Source of the DNA: Octopus sinensis
Taxonomy: Eukaryota
DNA: 64,000 nt
Direction: 5' to 3'
NCBI RefSeq assembly: GCF_006345805.1
Contig: NC_043000.1
Coordinates: 28,024,001 to 28,088,000, forward strand
Shown here: positions 13,401-25,892 of the stretch, in pieces
Layout of the letters: each line of letters opens with the position of its first letter
Numbering within the stretch: position 1 is the stretch's first letter
Notes under the pieces: model-generated
Databases searched by the model: none
The model's input: the letters and a program-made list of their open reading frames with translations, nothing else
Told to the model about the DNA's origin: nothing
Position numbers and translations under genes: made by a program

Positions 13401-14034
13401 GAGAAGGGTAAGAGAAAAATTAGTGCAAGTTCTTACATTCAATACATTTTCGAATTCTACGCATCCTTTTAAATGACACTGATAGCGTATAGAAAATTTT
13501 GAATATATACGTTACTTTCATCAGCAAATGACAGAATGATGAGAATGCAACCGGTAATCACATTCATTAACATCAACATGTGTATGTGTTTGTCTGTGTA
13601 TGACTATGCGTGTCTGAGTGTCTGTGCAGCTTGTGTATGTATGTGACTTAAATGTGTGTGTGTGTGTGTGTATGAGTGCGCTTGTGTGTGAGAGTATGTG
13701 TGTGTACATGTGAGTATTCTCACATTTATAAGCATATAATTATTAGCGATTTTTTTTTTTTGGTTAGCTAAAAATAAATCACTGCTCATTTGTAGAGGAA
13801 TTTGTCTAAATTTAACAGAAACAAGGATAATACTTTCAGTATGAATGCAACCACACAGCATCTATCATTAATTCCTCGATTTCACATGTGACTTGTAGTT
13901 GTCATGCCGACACACAGTGTACACAATCTCATCCTCAAATGAGACTGATACCCAGTATTTCCATGTAAATACGTACATCTACATATACATTAGTTACATA
14001 TATACATAAACAGATACGGACACACTATCTATCA

Positions 14035-14043
14035 ATATCTATG

Positions 14044-14127
<84 letters not shown>

Positions 14128-14153
14128 ACATATATACATATATACATACATAT

Positions 14154-14185
<32 letters not shown>

Positions 14186-14211
14186 ATATATATATACATA
14201 TATACATATAT

Positions 14212-14270
<59 letters not shown>
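14035..14270. repeat. Long imperfect (TA)n tract
   Basis: Direct reading. Confidence 0.95.
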
Positions 14271-14272
<2 letters not shown>

Positions 14273-14741
14273 GTGTGTTTGCATGGCCATATAAACAGAA
14301 ATTCATTTATAATTAGCTCCATGTATGTCGAATCTTCCATTCATTGACTAACTACCATGACAACATATTTTTCGAAAACCACATTAGTTTTATGAAGCAT
14401 TTTTCTCTCTCTCTCCACGTCAAAGGCGTTTCTTATTTCTTATTTCATCAAAGCTATAATTTTATTAGATAAAGGAAACCACAGCCATAAACCCAACTGC
14501 AGAAGCACGTTAATGATGTAAAGAACACAAGGATCACTTGATAGAAAATAGAAAGTTCAGTAAATACTACTTAGATACCAATCGATCTACATAGATTAAG
14601 ATGATTTCTATTGTCACTTAAGATGCATTAGAAACAATCAATTCCTGTTCTTCAGTTATCGACTTATAAAACGCAAGAATTATACTGAATATAAGCCCTT
14701 TTGTTTTCTAGTTTTATTTTCAGTTTTCGATTTACACTTTA

Positions 14742-14793
<52 letters not shown>

Positions 14794-14994
14794 CCTATCT
14801 TAACAAGTTTCTTTCGCTGTATTTCAATAAAATCTTGCTTTAGACGTAGATTTCTTGTCTTTCTATATATGTATGGTGCCTTTCCTCACCCTAATGCTTA
14901 TACACACATACACACACACACACACACAAATACACATATATATATTACATATAAATATCTATCTACATCAGGACCTATCTAACTACATACGTAT

Positions 14995-15068
14995 ATATGT
15001 ATATATATATATATATATACATATATATATACATCTATATATACGTATATTTATACATATATATATAC

Positions 15069-15116
<48 letters not shown>

Positions 15117-15152
15117 CTATCTATCTATCTATATATATATATATATAATATA

Positions 15153-15216
<64 letters not shown>

Positions 15217-15252
15217 GTATGTATATATATATATGTAAATATATATATATAT
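14995..15252. repeat. Long imperfect (TA)n tract
   Basis: Direct reading. Confidence 0.95.
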
Positions 15253-15509
15253 AGGATTTTCACATTCTGTAGGACTCCTCATTCTTGCTGTTGCCCTGAT
15301 TCAAATTAGTAATTATATTGTCCGCGCATTTCCTTTCTTGTATTTCAAGATGGTGGTCCTTTGTGCCTATCTCGCTTATTACCATTCCTTTTCTCCCCGA
15401 CTCCTGATTGTATTAACATTGTTCTTCCCGTTCTTCTTCTCCTTTTCTATTGGCTCCATTCTAAGTCTTAATCGCTTCATGCAGTTTTCCTTATTTTTGG
15501 AGGACATAA

Positions 15510-15625
15510 TGTATGCATGTATATATGTATGTATGTTTATATGTATGTATTTATGTATGTATGTATGTATGTATGTGTGTATGTATGTATGTATGTGTGT
15601 ATGTATGTATGGATGTTTGTATGTT

Positions 15626-15657
<32 letters not shown>

Positions 15658-15769
15658 TGTGTGTATGTATGTATGTATGTGTGTGTATGTATGTATGTAT
15701 GTATGTTTGTATGTATGTATATATGTATGTATGTATGTATGAATGTATGTATGTTTGTATCTATGTAAG

Positions 15770-15803
<34 letters not shown>

Positions 15804-15920
15804 TGTATGTATGTATATATGTATGTATGTGTGTATGTATGTATGTATGTTTGTATGTATGTATGTAGTATGTATGTATGTATGTATCTATGTATGTGTG
15901 TATATATGTATGTATATCTT
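15510..15920. repeat. (ATGT)n microsatellite
   Basis: Direct reading; source of the spurious MYVC-repeat ORFs. Confidence 0.95.
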
Positions 15921-16394
15921 TGATCATTCCTTAAGATAACGGCCCTACTAAAAGCAACATCGATAGATTAATTTGCACGATGTATCTAGAAGTTTCTTCA
16001 AAGAATATTTCTTTTCTACAACACACAATACTGCTGTAGATGCTGCTTCACTTCCCACTTTCCCTCTTCCGTTAGCACTTCTATACATGTGTGTAGCTCT
16101 ATTATAAATTTTTACATAAATTATTATAATGACGTAAAATTGTAACAATCAATTACAAAGAAATGCACACACACACCCGTAGCCATATACGCATACACAC
16201 ATGCATACACACCCGCTCACATACCCTCCCTCTTTCCTCCCCCTCTCTCTCACACACACACGCACACACACACATGCAAAGATGTTTCGTTATACAAACA
16301 AAATATTTTTCAAAACGTGAGTATTTATGTGTCTATCTATTTGTGTGTGTGCGTGCGTGCGTGCGCGCGCGCGTATGTGTGTGTATATGTGTGT

Positions 16395-16445
<51 letters not shown>

Positions 16446-16600
16446 GTGTGTGTGTGTGTGTGTGTGTGTGTGCTTGAATATATATTTTCCATACTGAGGT
16501 AAAAAACGTCTATCTATATACATAGAATTTATTAGAATCAGGACCAGGATCTTTGCGAGTTTAAACAGACAGACACATACATATATACATACATACAAAC

Positions 16601-16970
16601 AGTTTAGGTTTATACCTGTAATTATTGGGACACTGCGATACGTAAGAACTGCGTGAATATCAATCTTGAGAAATTATTCTTCCCAAAACCAGAAAGGAGA
16701 AAGCTGATTTAACGACTGCAGATCTAAACCATCATCGGAACTATAGAAATCTGTAAAACTTTCCAGAAGTTTATCATTTAAATCTATATGAGCTTGTCTA
16801 GATATGCATGAGAATACGTACATAAAACATACATAATATACACACTCACACATACATACATATCTTCACATCCCATGCTGAAATTCTAATGAAGGATCCT
16901 TGCATGTAGGTTAGAAAGCGGTTCTTTCTCTATTGGCATGAAATCTTGAAATAAAACTAAATAACGACAT
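16601..16970 (+). pseudogene. R4/Dong-type (restriction-like endonuclease) LINE 3' end, copy 1
   Basis: FRFIPVIIGTL, then after a frameshift NLEKLFFPKPERRKLI*RLQI*TIIGTIEICKTFQKFII* (stop 16779-16781), followed by a putative 3' UTR. Confidence 0.7.
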
Positions 16971-16974
16971 GCAT

Positions 16975-17079
16975 ACGTTCATACATACATACACACACAT
17001 ACATACACACATACATACATGCATGCATACATGCATGCATACATACATACATACATGCATACATACATACATACATACA

Positions 17080-17110
<31 letters not shown>
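16975..17110. repeat. (CATA)n microsatellite
   Basis: Direct reading. Confidence 0.95.
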
Positions 17111-17113
<3 letters not shown>

Positions 17114-17124
17114 GTAAAATGTAA

Positions 17125-17555
17125 AACAGACCGGATATTGTTGTTTAGGACCGATGGGCAACGGTGTGTACCGTGATAGAGGTCAGCTGCCCTGCAAATA
17201 TAAATATCCCATTGAAAATCAAAGAAAAAGAGGATACCTATGAATAACTGCTTCGAAACCTCCAGCTTTTATATCCAGTCTATGAATTTGTACTCATTCC
17301 AATAATGATTGGATCACTAGGGTTTCTTAGTAAATGCTTAAAAGAGAATCTGGATAAACTGGGATTTTCAGAAAGAGAAATTGTCTGGCTAATTCGTACA
17401 TTACAAGTGCAATCTATGAGTGGAACAGTAAATATATGCAAGACTTTTCTGATGTTCCAAATGTGAATTTGTCTGTGTTAACTACATCCCATAGCTTTGT
17501 ATCAATGTTGAAAGCCGACTCCCTCCTTTGTGGAAAATTTCTAATAATTAAAAAA
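17125..17555 (+). pseudogene. R4/Dong-type LINE 3' end, copy 2 (PD-(D/E)xK endonuclease region)
   Basis: Single frame 17125-17466: NRPDIVV*DRWATVCTVIEVSCPA...IPIMIGSLG...LDKLGFS...GTVNICKTFLMFQM*, with two internal stops. Confidence 0.82.
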
Positions 17556-17558
17556 TGG

Positions 17559-17768
17559 AAGGCATACATACAGAATCGTTAGCACGATGGGCAAAATGTT
17601 TAGCGGTATTTCTCCCGTCTTTCATTTCTAAGTTCAAATTCCATCAATATTGACTTTGCCTTTTCTTCTTTCGGGGTCAATAAAATAATTATCGCTTGAG
17701 CACTGGGGTTTCTGTAATCAAGTTACTCCCTTCCGCTAACTTGCTGGCCTCATGCCAAAATTTAAAGC
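17559..17768 (+). mobile_element. Degenerate family A-type SINE
   Basis: agaatcgttagcacg ... tttcggggtcaataaaata block. Confidence 0.7.
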
Positions 17769-18872
17769 AATATATGTAACATAAAACGATTTATACGTAG
17801 CTGAATCAGGGGAATACTGAAAAGGCGCAGTACATGGGCAGAATTAGTTGTATCGGGCGAATGAGTAACTGCAGTATATTAGGCCTCGATGTGTCACTCT
17901 TTCGAATCTAGCCGAAGTGGATTTGGCCTTTATTCTTTCCAGGATATATAAAGTAAAAGTCAGTTCCCTGTACAGGGGTTTCCATAACCATATTTTTATT
18001 GCTACACATATACATGAGGCTTAGCGCCGATAATAGGTCAATATTTTAAAAATTTATCATAGCACGGAAGCCAGAATTGGTTATTTGTATGGGAAATATA
18101 TTATTTACACAATTTTGTGACTATGCAGCAAAAAAATCCAATGTCAATTACATTCAGTGAAATTTTGGATTACTACAAAGCTTCCATAACCCTCTTACAG
18201 AGTCTGTAATTTCAACTTTCGACTCTGAGGATTTTACTTATAATCAATGTTATAGGAAAATTATTCTTCCGAAAATCTACGATAATCATATAAGCATGCC
18301 ACTCTACGATATACAAAAGCTGAGGATTGGTAGAAATATTAAACCCTCAGACAAATATCTTAAGATATTTAGTTATGTCATTTTCCGTTTTGCGTTCAAT
18401 TCCACTTTGCCTTTCATCTTTCCGAGGTCGATAAAATAAAGTATCAATCAAATAGCTGTGTCGATATAATCGACTATACTAAACCTTTGCCACAATTTCG
18501 GGACCACACTACTGTTAGAAATCAATAATGTATCAATACAAATGCTGTAACGAAACTAAGTTAGATCCAAGTGAATGGAGACAGTATTCTTGTTTCGATA
18601 TTGGAATGATGCTTGTTCTGTTCATATGTGATGTAATAAGTGATTACAGTATATTGCCAATACACAAAGACGAAAGGCAACTCTCGATTGATAGAGGCAG
18701 CAATTCAATTTTGGTTACGATTCCTGGTTGAATGTATTATTTTTTTTATAACATAACGGCGTTTAGAAAACGCATAATCGCCATAAATTCCCTTTCATGT
18801 TGAATTTAAGATACTTGAAGCTTGACTAAAGAAAAACACACACACACACGCGTGCAGACACACACACAAATA

Positions 18873-18912
<40 letters not shown>

Positions 18913-19173
18913 TGAATGTGCGTGTATGAATGTTTGTGTTTGCGTGTGTGAGACTGAATGTGCGCGCACATGCATTATTGGTTTCAACTTTTCGCACAAG
19001 GCCAGGAATTTCAAGGGAGGGAGTAAGTCCATTATATTGGCCCCAGTGCTCGAAATCAGAAAGTAAAGATGGACGAACTGCCGCTAAGCCGTTTGGTCGG
19101 CGTGATAACGATTCTGGGTTATTGGCGCTAGTGTGCCTGTATTAATATGAGGTCTGTTAAAAAAGTCACCGAT

Positions 19174-19370
19174 TTTGGTCGGCCCGAGGCTATAGTAGAA
19201 GGTACTTTTCCAAGGTCCACGCAGTGGAACAGAACCCACATGTTTCTGGGTCCAGTTCAATTGCGTGGCAACTTGGACACATGTGTTCTACTATAGTTTC
19301 GGGCCGATCAAAGCCTTGTAAGTTGATTTGGGAGACGGAAACTGAAAGAAGCCCGTCATATACACTCATA

Positions 19371-19417
<47 letters not shown>

Positions 19418-19745
19418 GTGTGTGTGCGTGTGTTTGTGTGTGTTTTGTGTGTCTGTGTTTATCGCCCCGCCATCGCTTGACACCCGATGCTGGTGTGTTT
19501 AACTCTCTGTAACTTAGAGGTTCGGCAAAAGAGACCGATAGAATAAGTACTAGGTTTACAAAGCATATATGCATACATACATAATACATACATACATACA
19601 TACATGCATACATACATACATGAATATATACATACAAGGCAAGCTGGCGCATTCGTTAGCAAGCCGGGCAAAATGTTTAGCGATTTGGTCGACTAGAAGT
19701 GGTACACTAGCATGGCCGCAGTCAAATGAAAGAAATAAATGAATA
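19174..19745 (+). mobile_element. Family B SINE with a fold-back duplicated head (19174-19237 inverted) and a microsatellite-interrupted tail
   Basis: Head/CORE segment present in both orientations around a 10-nt spacer; B body at 19313-19560. Confidence 0.8.
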
Positions 19746-20404
19746 AAAGAGTGAAAGAATAAACTGAAGACAAAGACAATCTATTGCCTTAAGATATAAT
19801 TTAACGTGTCTCCAACTAAAGAACTCCTATTCTTAATCCACCACTCTCAACATTTTTCTTGGTTTTAGAATGTATCCTGGAACATAATTTCTGAGATAAT
19901 CCGCAGTTCTCGTAGTAAATTTTTTTGGAGATCATCTATAATTTGAAAGCAGAGAGCTGTTTTGGTGAATTCTACCTTTACGAAAAGGAAAAAGGTTGCG
20001 CAGGGGGAGTGAGGCTGCTTGTCTTAAAAGAGCAGATTGCCGAAAATAACTAATAATTGTCGGGTGTCCAGATGCATGATCCAGGTACAGCATTTGGGTT
20101 TTGTTTAAGCTTTCATTTTTCATATCTTAAGTCTCTTTTTTAACATTTCTCTCCCACCCCCTCACTACCTCCTTTCTCTCTCTCTCCCTGTGTCTCACTC
20201 TCTCGCGCTCTCTCTCCCTCCCTTTCTATCTCTTCCTCCCCCAAACCCACCAGAATATCCAAATAAAGCGACGTAATGATCATGAAAGAACAACTGTCAA
20301 CGAGCATCAACACCGTCACATTTGAGTGACTGATATCTCTTCGATGCGGCTGTGATGAACCAATCTCCTGCAACGACTATATTTTTGGCTCACTTTTTAC
20401 CCAT

Positions 20405-20632
20405 GTGGAGGAGTGTGGCTTAGCGATCAAGGTACTGGTTTCATGATCGTAAGATTGTGTTTTCGATTCCTGGAACGGGCGACGCGTTGTGTCTTTGAGC
20501 AATACTCTTCAGCTGACAAAAATGACTAACCCTGCAACAGACCGGTGTCTCGTTGAGGTGGGGAATATAAATGCCATGGAGACGGGAAAACCGGCCCTAT
20601 GAATCTAAATAACTCGAGAAGGAACTTCTACC
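20405..20632 (+). mobile_element. Family E tRNA-SINE (CORE-like plus V-like blocks)
   Basis: gtggagg tRNA-like head, tgtgtctttgagcaa, ctgcaacagaccggtgtctc and gggaaaaccggccctatga; similar to 40139-40356. Confidence 0.7.
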
Positions 20633-20724
20633 GTGTACCTATACACCCACTTTTCGTCGATTTCAGACTGGTTATATCATTCTTTAGAACATTATCCTGA
20701 TTGACAATGGATTATCCTGATTGA

Positions 20725-21222
20725 TTGCCCAGTGGTTAGGGCAGCGAACTCGCGGTCGTAGGATCGCGGTTTCGATTCCCAGACCGGGTATTGTGAGTGT
20801 TTATTGAGTGAAAACATCTAAAGCTCCACGAGGCTTCGGCAAGGGGTGGTGGTGAACCCTGCTGTACTCTTCCACCACAGCATTCTCTCACTCTTTCTTC
20901 CTGTTTCTGTTGTACCTGTATTTCAAAGGGCCAGCCTTGTCATACACTGTGTCACGCTGAATCTCCCCGAGAACTATGTTATGGGTACACGTGTCTGTGG
21001 AGTGCTCAGCCACTTACATGTTAATAAATGAGCTGCGACATCACTGGTGCCAAGCTGTATCGGCCCTTGCCTTTCCTTTGGATAACATCGGTGGCGTGCA
21101 GAGGGGAGGCTGGTATACGTGGGCGACTGCTGGTCTTCCATAAACAACCTTGCCAAGTCTTGTGCCTCGGAGGGATAACTTTCTAGGTGCAGTCCCATGG
21201 TTATTCATGACCGAAGGGGGTC
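20725..21222 (+). mobile_element. Family C2 SINE joined to a family F 3' portion
   Basis: tRNA head cagtggttagggcagcg..gtttcgattccc; body matches 54211-54592; from about 21029 it matches the F tail (44250-44428 and 28614-28937). Confidence 0.8.
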
Positions 21223-22204
21223 ACAACACAACATCCCGATCGACGGTGACTACAGTGTCTTTTTGTCCTTCTGGATATAGATGCAGACCTTATTTTGATG
21301 ATGTCGGCTAGAGACTAAGCCACCACATTTTATCAAAGATGGATGGCTTCACGAATTTACGTACCATCCTTGCGCTGGGTGTATATAATTGTTCTTTGTT
21401 TCGGTCCAATTTTAGCATACAAACTGCCACAATACGTGCGAGTAAAATAATAATGATGCCATCAGACATTTCAAAAATGCTGGAAGAAATTTAAAGAAGT
21501 GGTGTAGTAAGGAATGGAAAAATGAAAACTAAGGAGGAATAATGTTACAATTTTTTGTAGAATTTTTCTCAGTTATCTGGATATTTGGGGGCTTTTCTTA
21601 CTCCTCAAATTATATTATTAGGTTTGTACTATAAAAAGAATACGTGCTTGTAAATATTCATTAGATTTGACTTATGCCTCATAAGTCTGTTGATGTTAAT
21701 TTGAAAGAATTTCATTAAAATGTCGAATAGTTTAAAATGTTTGTTTATTTATTATTATTTTTTTTGTAATTCTATTTTTGTTTCTTTCATTTGAATTTTA
21801 TTAATTTTGAATAAATGATTATATCATTTAAAATAAATATGTGAATTAGTAATTAGGTTTTAAATGATCAAATAAACTGTTTGAAATCGAATTTGTTTTT
21901 ATAAAAAAAACTTTGAAATGTATGTCTGCTGTAAAAAAAAACATAGTAATTCTTAAGAAATAGATTTCAAAAACAAGCTGAATTAAAATTATCATGTTCA
22001 AATTACATTTATATTTTATTTTATTCGGTTGTTCGCTTTAATTTGTTCTAAAAATAATGAACAAATGTCAAGAAAGTAGATATTGACACAACGATACCGT
22101 AAGTTTCAGTTGTGAGTATAAATTACGAAAGAACAACAGATCTGTCCTAAAGACAAAAAATGTTTCGGTAGGAGTATCTACAGGAGCTTCGTGATCTTTT
22201 AGCT

Positions 22205-22412
22205 TTCGCTTGTTTCGTTCATTGATTGCGGCCATGCTGGGCCACCATCTTGAAGAATTTAAGTCGAACGAACCGACATTAGTGCTTATTTTTTATTAGA
22301 AGCCTCGTAGTTATTGTGTCAATTTCTTTTGCCGAAACCCTAGGTCACGGGAATGTAAACAATCCAACACCGGTTGCCAAGTGATGATGGAGGACGAACA
22401 GAGACACACACA
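22205..22412 (-). mobile_element. Degenerate family B SINE 3' half
   Basis: tgcggccatgctgg ... gccgaaac ... aacaccggttgccaag. Confidence 0.75.
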
Positions 22413-22466
<54 letters not shown>

Positions 22467-22507
22467 ATATATATATAAAGCTATGACATAACTTTTCCTC
22501 TCACACC

Positions 22508-22562
22508 GTCTCCGATGAAGGGATTTTATTACTAATTAATATTCTAGAAACAGCTGTAAGAC
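22508..22562 (+). ncRNA. Putative minimal type-I hammerhead ribozyme (CCGAUGA core, palindromic stem III ACAGCUGU)
   Basis: Stem I GTCT/AGAC, core CCGATGA, imperfect stem II, GAAA-CAGCTG-TA; in a ~150-bp segment flanked by (TA)n on both sides. Confidence 0.6.
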
Positions 22563-22650
22563 CTTCTATCTATAAATGTTCTAATATCTATACAGCCTTG
22601 GTTTTTTTTTATATCATTACGCAAAAAATTCATATATATATATATACAAC

Positions 22651-22737
22651 GGACCCAGAAGAAGCTGCATCGACAATTAGCACCAAGATACACGCATAAC
22701 AGTGTGCAATTGATGCATCTGAAATGCCCGTACGTCC
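22651..22737 (+). ncRNA. Degenerate hammerhead-like fold with long stem II
   Basis: GGAC/GTCC stem I, CAGAAGA core (U4A), stem II TGCATC..CAATT.GCAC/GTGCAATTGATGCA, GAAA...TA; stem III poorly paired. Confidence 0.35.
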
Positions 22738-22814
22738 AACGAATAATGCTTTAAATAAATGTATAACAGAATTATAGGTGTGGAAAATCTCCCGTCTCCT
22801 GCCTTTTATTTTAC

Positions 22815-22870
<56 letters not shown>

Positions 22871-23099
22871 AAATGGGACAAACGCAAAACATCCAGAAGA
22901 CGATACAAAAAACAAAAATACGGACGGGTCATTCGAAGCCTTTAATCTTCAGTCAAGAACCGTATCATTCCCGCAATTTCGGCTGATTAATATATATATA
23001 CCATCATCAATACTGATGGAGGTCGTCATGTTATGGCAATGTTCTTACAGCTTTCTTATTGAATTTGTCGCCGTTGTTGCTAGAGTTGGTAGTCACAGT

Positions 23100-23468
23100 G
23101 GTAGCCGTGGTAGTCATCATCGTGGGGAAGAGGGCGTCGTCGTAGTCATCGAGGTGGTGTTTGTTGTGGTGGTGGCGGCGGTGGTGGTGGCAGTGACAGC
23201 AGCGGTGGTAATGCTGTTGTTGATGTTCGTACTGGTGGCGGTGATGGTGGTGGTGCTGGTGGTGCTGGTGGTGCTGGTACTGGATGTTATGTTGGTGATA
23301 GTGATAGTGGTCATCCTGTTATTGGTGATGACGATGTTGATAGAACCTTTGCTGTTGTTATTGCTATCGATCTGGTTGTTGAGATGGCAGTGGTGCTGAT
23401 AGTGGCGGTGGCGGCGGCGGCGGCGGTAGTGTTGGTCGTCGTCGTGATATTACTGCTAGTGTCATTTG

Positions 23469-23514
<46 letters not shown>

Positions 23515-23530
23515 GGTGGTGGTGGTGGTG
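23100..23530. repeat. Compound (GGT)n/(GTT)n low-complexity tract
   Basis: Direct reading. Confidence 0.9.
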
Positions 23531-24249
23531 ATTATTCGAAAATAACGGCAATGTTGACGGTGATAGGAATGGTGCGATGGTAAGAGCGGCGGGAATCGTT
23601 GTCACCGTCGCCATGGCCATATATGTTGGAACGGCAGTCTTTGTAGAGAGTGATGGTGTGTGTGTGTGTGTGTGTGGGTGGGTGTGGGGGGGGGGGGGGT
23701 GTTTGTGTGGGTCCGATAGAAACACTACTAACTTTATGTAAAGATGAAGAGAAAAAAATACATAAAACTGTATAATTTAAACAGCCGCCATGACATTTTC
23801 TAATGCTCCAATAATTCATTTAAAGAGAAAGAGAGAAGAAAAAAAGGAAGAGGAGAGTCGATAAAACCGTTCAAATATTAATCTACAGTTAAAGTTTTAC
23901 TGAAGAAATTAATGTTATTATTTCAGAAGCGAAGGATTAATATGGCAAGCAGTGAAGAATGAAGTCAAATAAATAAAAACAAACGGTTAGTATTCCTATC
24001 ATGCATAATTTACTAACTTTATAATAATTTAACTCAGAGATACAGAAATATAAGTAGCTATGCCTTCTTGGATTTCGGTATTACGCTGTGTTTTCCTATA
24101 AACACTTCGCCTGCCGCCATTTGTAAGGATTCGTAGTGACTTCTTGTTAAAAATTTAGCCATTAAGTTCTCGTTTATATCCGGGTAGGCGTTTGTAATGT
24201 ATGAGAGTTTAACACGCACAGACCCATACGATTCCGTATAACTGCACTT

Positions 24250-24272
24250 TGTCGTCGTCGTCGTCAACATCC

Positions 24273-24308
<36 letters not shown>

Positions 24309-24503
24309 CCAACATCATCGTCATCATCATCATCATCATCGTCATCATCGTCGTCGTCGTCATCATCATCGTCACCATCAACATCATCATCATCATCATC
24401 ATCAACATCATCATCGTCATCATCATCATCATCGTCATCATCGTCGTCGTCATCATCATCGTCACCATCAACATCATCATCGTCATCATCAACATCATCA
24501 TCG

Positions 24504-24544
<41 letters not shown>

Positions 24545-24715
24545 GTCATCATTATCATCATTAAAATCATCATTAACATCATCGTCATCATCAACATCAT
24601 TGTCGTCATCATCAACATCATCATCATCATCGTCGTCGTCGTCGTTGCCGTCATCATCATCATCATCATCATCATCGTCGTCATCATCAACATCATCATC
24701 GACATCGTTGTCATT
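24250..24715. repeat. (CAT)n/(CGT)n microsatellite
   Basis: Direct reading; source of the poly-Met and poly-Ser ORFs. Confidence 0.95.
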
Positions 24716-25096
24716 CTCGCACTTGCATGTATGGTTCTGTTTTCTGATGGATGGATACGCACTCGCACATGCTTACATGTTACTTTTATTCCTGTTGTTG
24801 TAGTTGTTGTTATTGTTGTTGTTGAGTTATTTGTTTGTCGTATGTTATTTACTAAATAGGTTTGTCCAGATAGAAATGGGTAATCAAAAAAGAAGCACCA
24901 GCTTTAAGTAGCCCAGTTTGTCTCATGTGTACCAAGGATCAGATACTGCATTATCTAACATGTGACTCTCATTTCAAAACTGCAGCGCGTAATTTCAAGA
25001 ACATTTGACTGCTTTTTCTAGCATCATGATTGACCATTTAGGGATCCCCGACGTGTTGTACTTGAATATATACACAGCATACATACATAAATACAT

Positions 25097-25195
<99 letters not shown>

Positions 25196-25370
25196 GTTTA
25201 AATATTTGTTGTGCAAGATTTTTTATGTGAAGTCGTGTGTTGAAACAGATATTGTTATATTTCGGAATGGTCATATTGCCAGTTTAGCCAATAAAAACAC
25301 ACGCACTATATATTTGGTGTTATTTTGCTTCAGTGATATTTATTTTTTACATTAATCTTAATCTTATTTT

Positions 25371-25415
25371 GGCCAAAGTTCTTTCGTCACACTCCTGTGA
25401 CCGCATCAGTGGTCC
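25371..25415 (-). ncRNA. Putative minimal hammerhead ribozyme in the PLE 3' pLTR (variant core CUGAUGCG)
   Basis: GGACCA CTGATGCG GTCACA-GGAG-TGTGAC GAAA GAACTT TGGCC. Confidence 0.6.
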
Positions 25416-25735
25416 TTTGTTTTCTTCTCACTTATTTGTGTCTCTCCTTACTAACCGTCAGCCATTTTTATTGCATGTCTTCATTTGCGCATGCTTATAT
25501 CTCTATGTGCGTCTATGTTTATTTAGTGTGTGTGTGGGGGGGATGCCTGTAATATTTGTATCTTCTGTTTATATACATTCTTGTAATTCGTATTTTGTTT
25601 TTGGTGTTGTTGCTTTTGTTCTAATTTTGTTCATGTGTTTACATCCACCCATTATTATCATTACATCTGCTTGTATGTATGTATAACAACAATATTAGTA
25701 ATAATAATAATAAATCTAATCGAAAAAAAAAATAC

Positions 25736-25780
<45 letters not shown>

Positions 25781-25892
25781 TATATATATATATACACATA
25801 TACATACATAGATATATATACATATATATAGTTATTCATTTCTATCTGTTTATTTATCTGTGTATTTATTATGTTTTCAGGATCCTCTATCG

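Noticed and set aside
24058-24803. 236-aa and 184-aa ORFs
   Set aside because: Translations of the (CAT)n tract (poly-Met/poly-Ser); the unique tail has no recognisable domain
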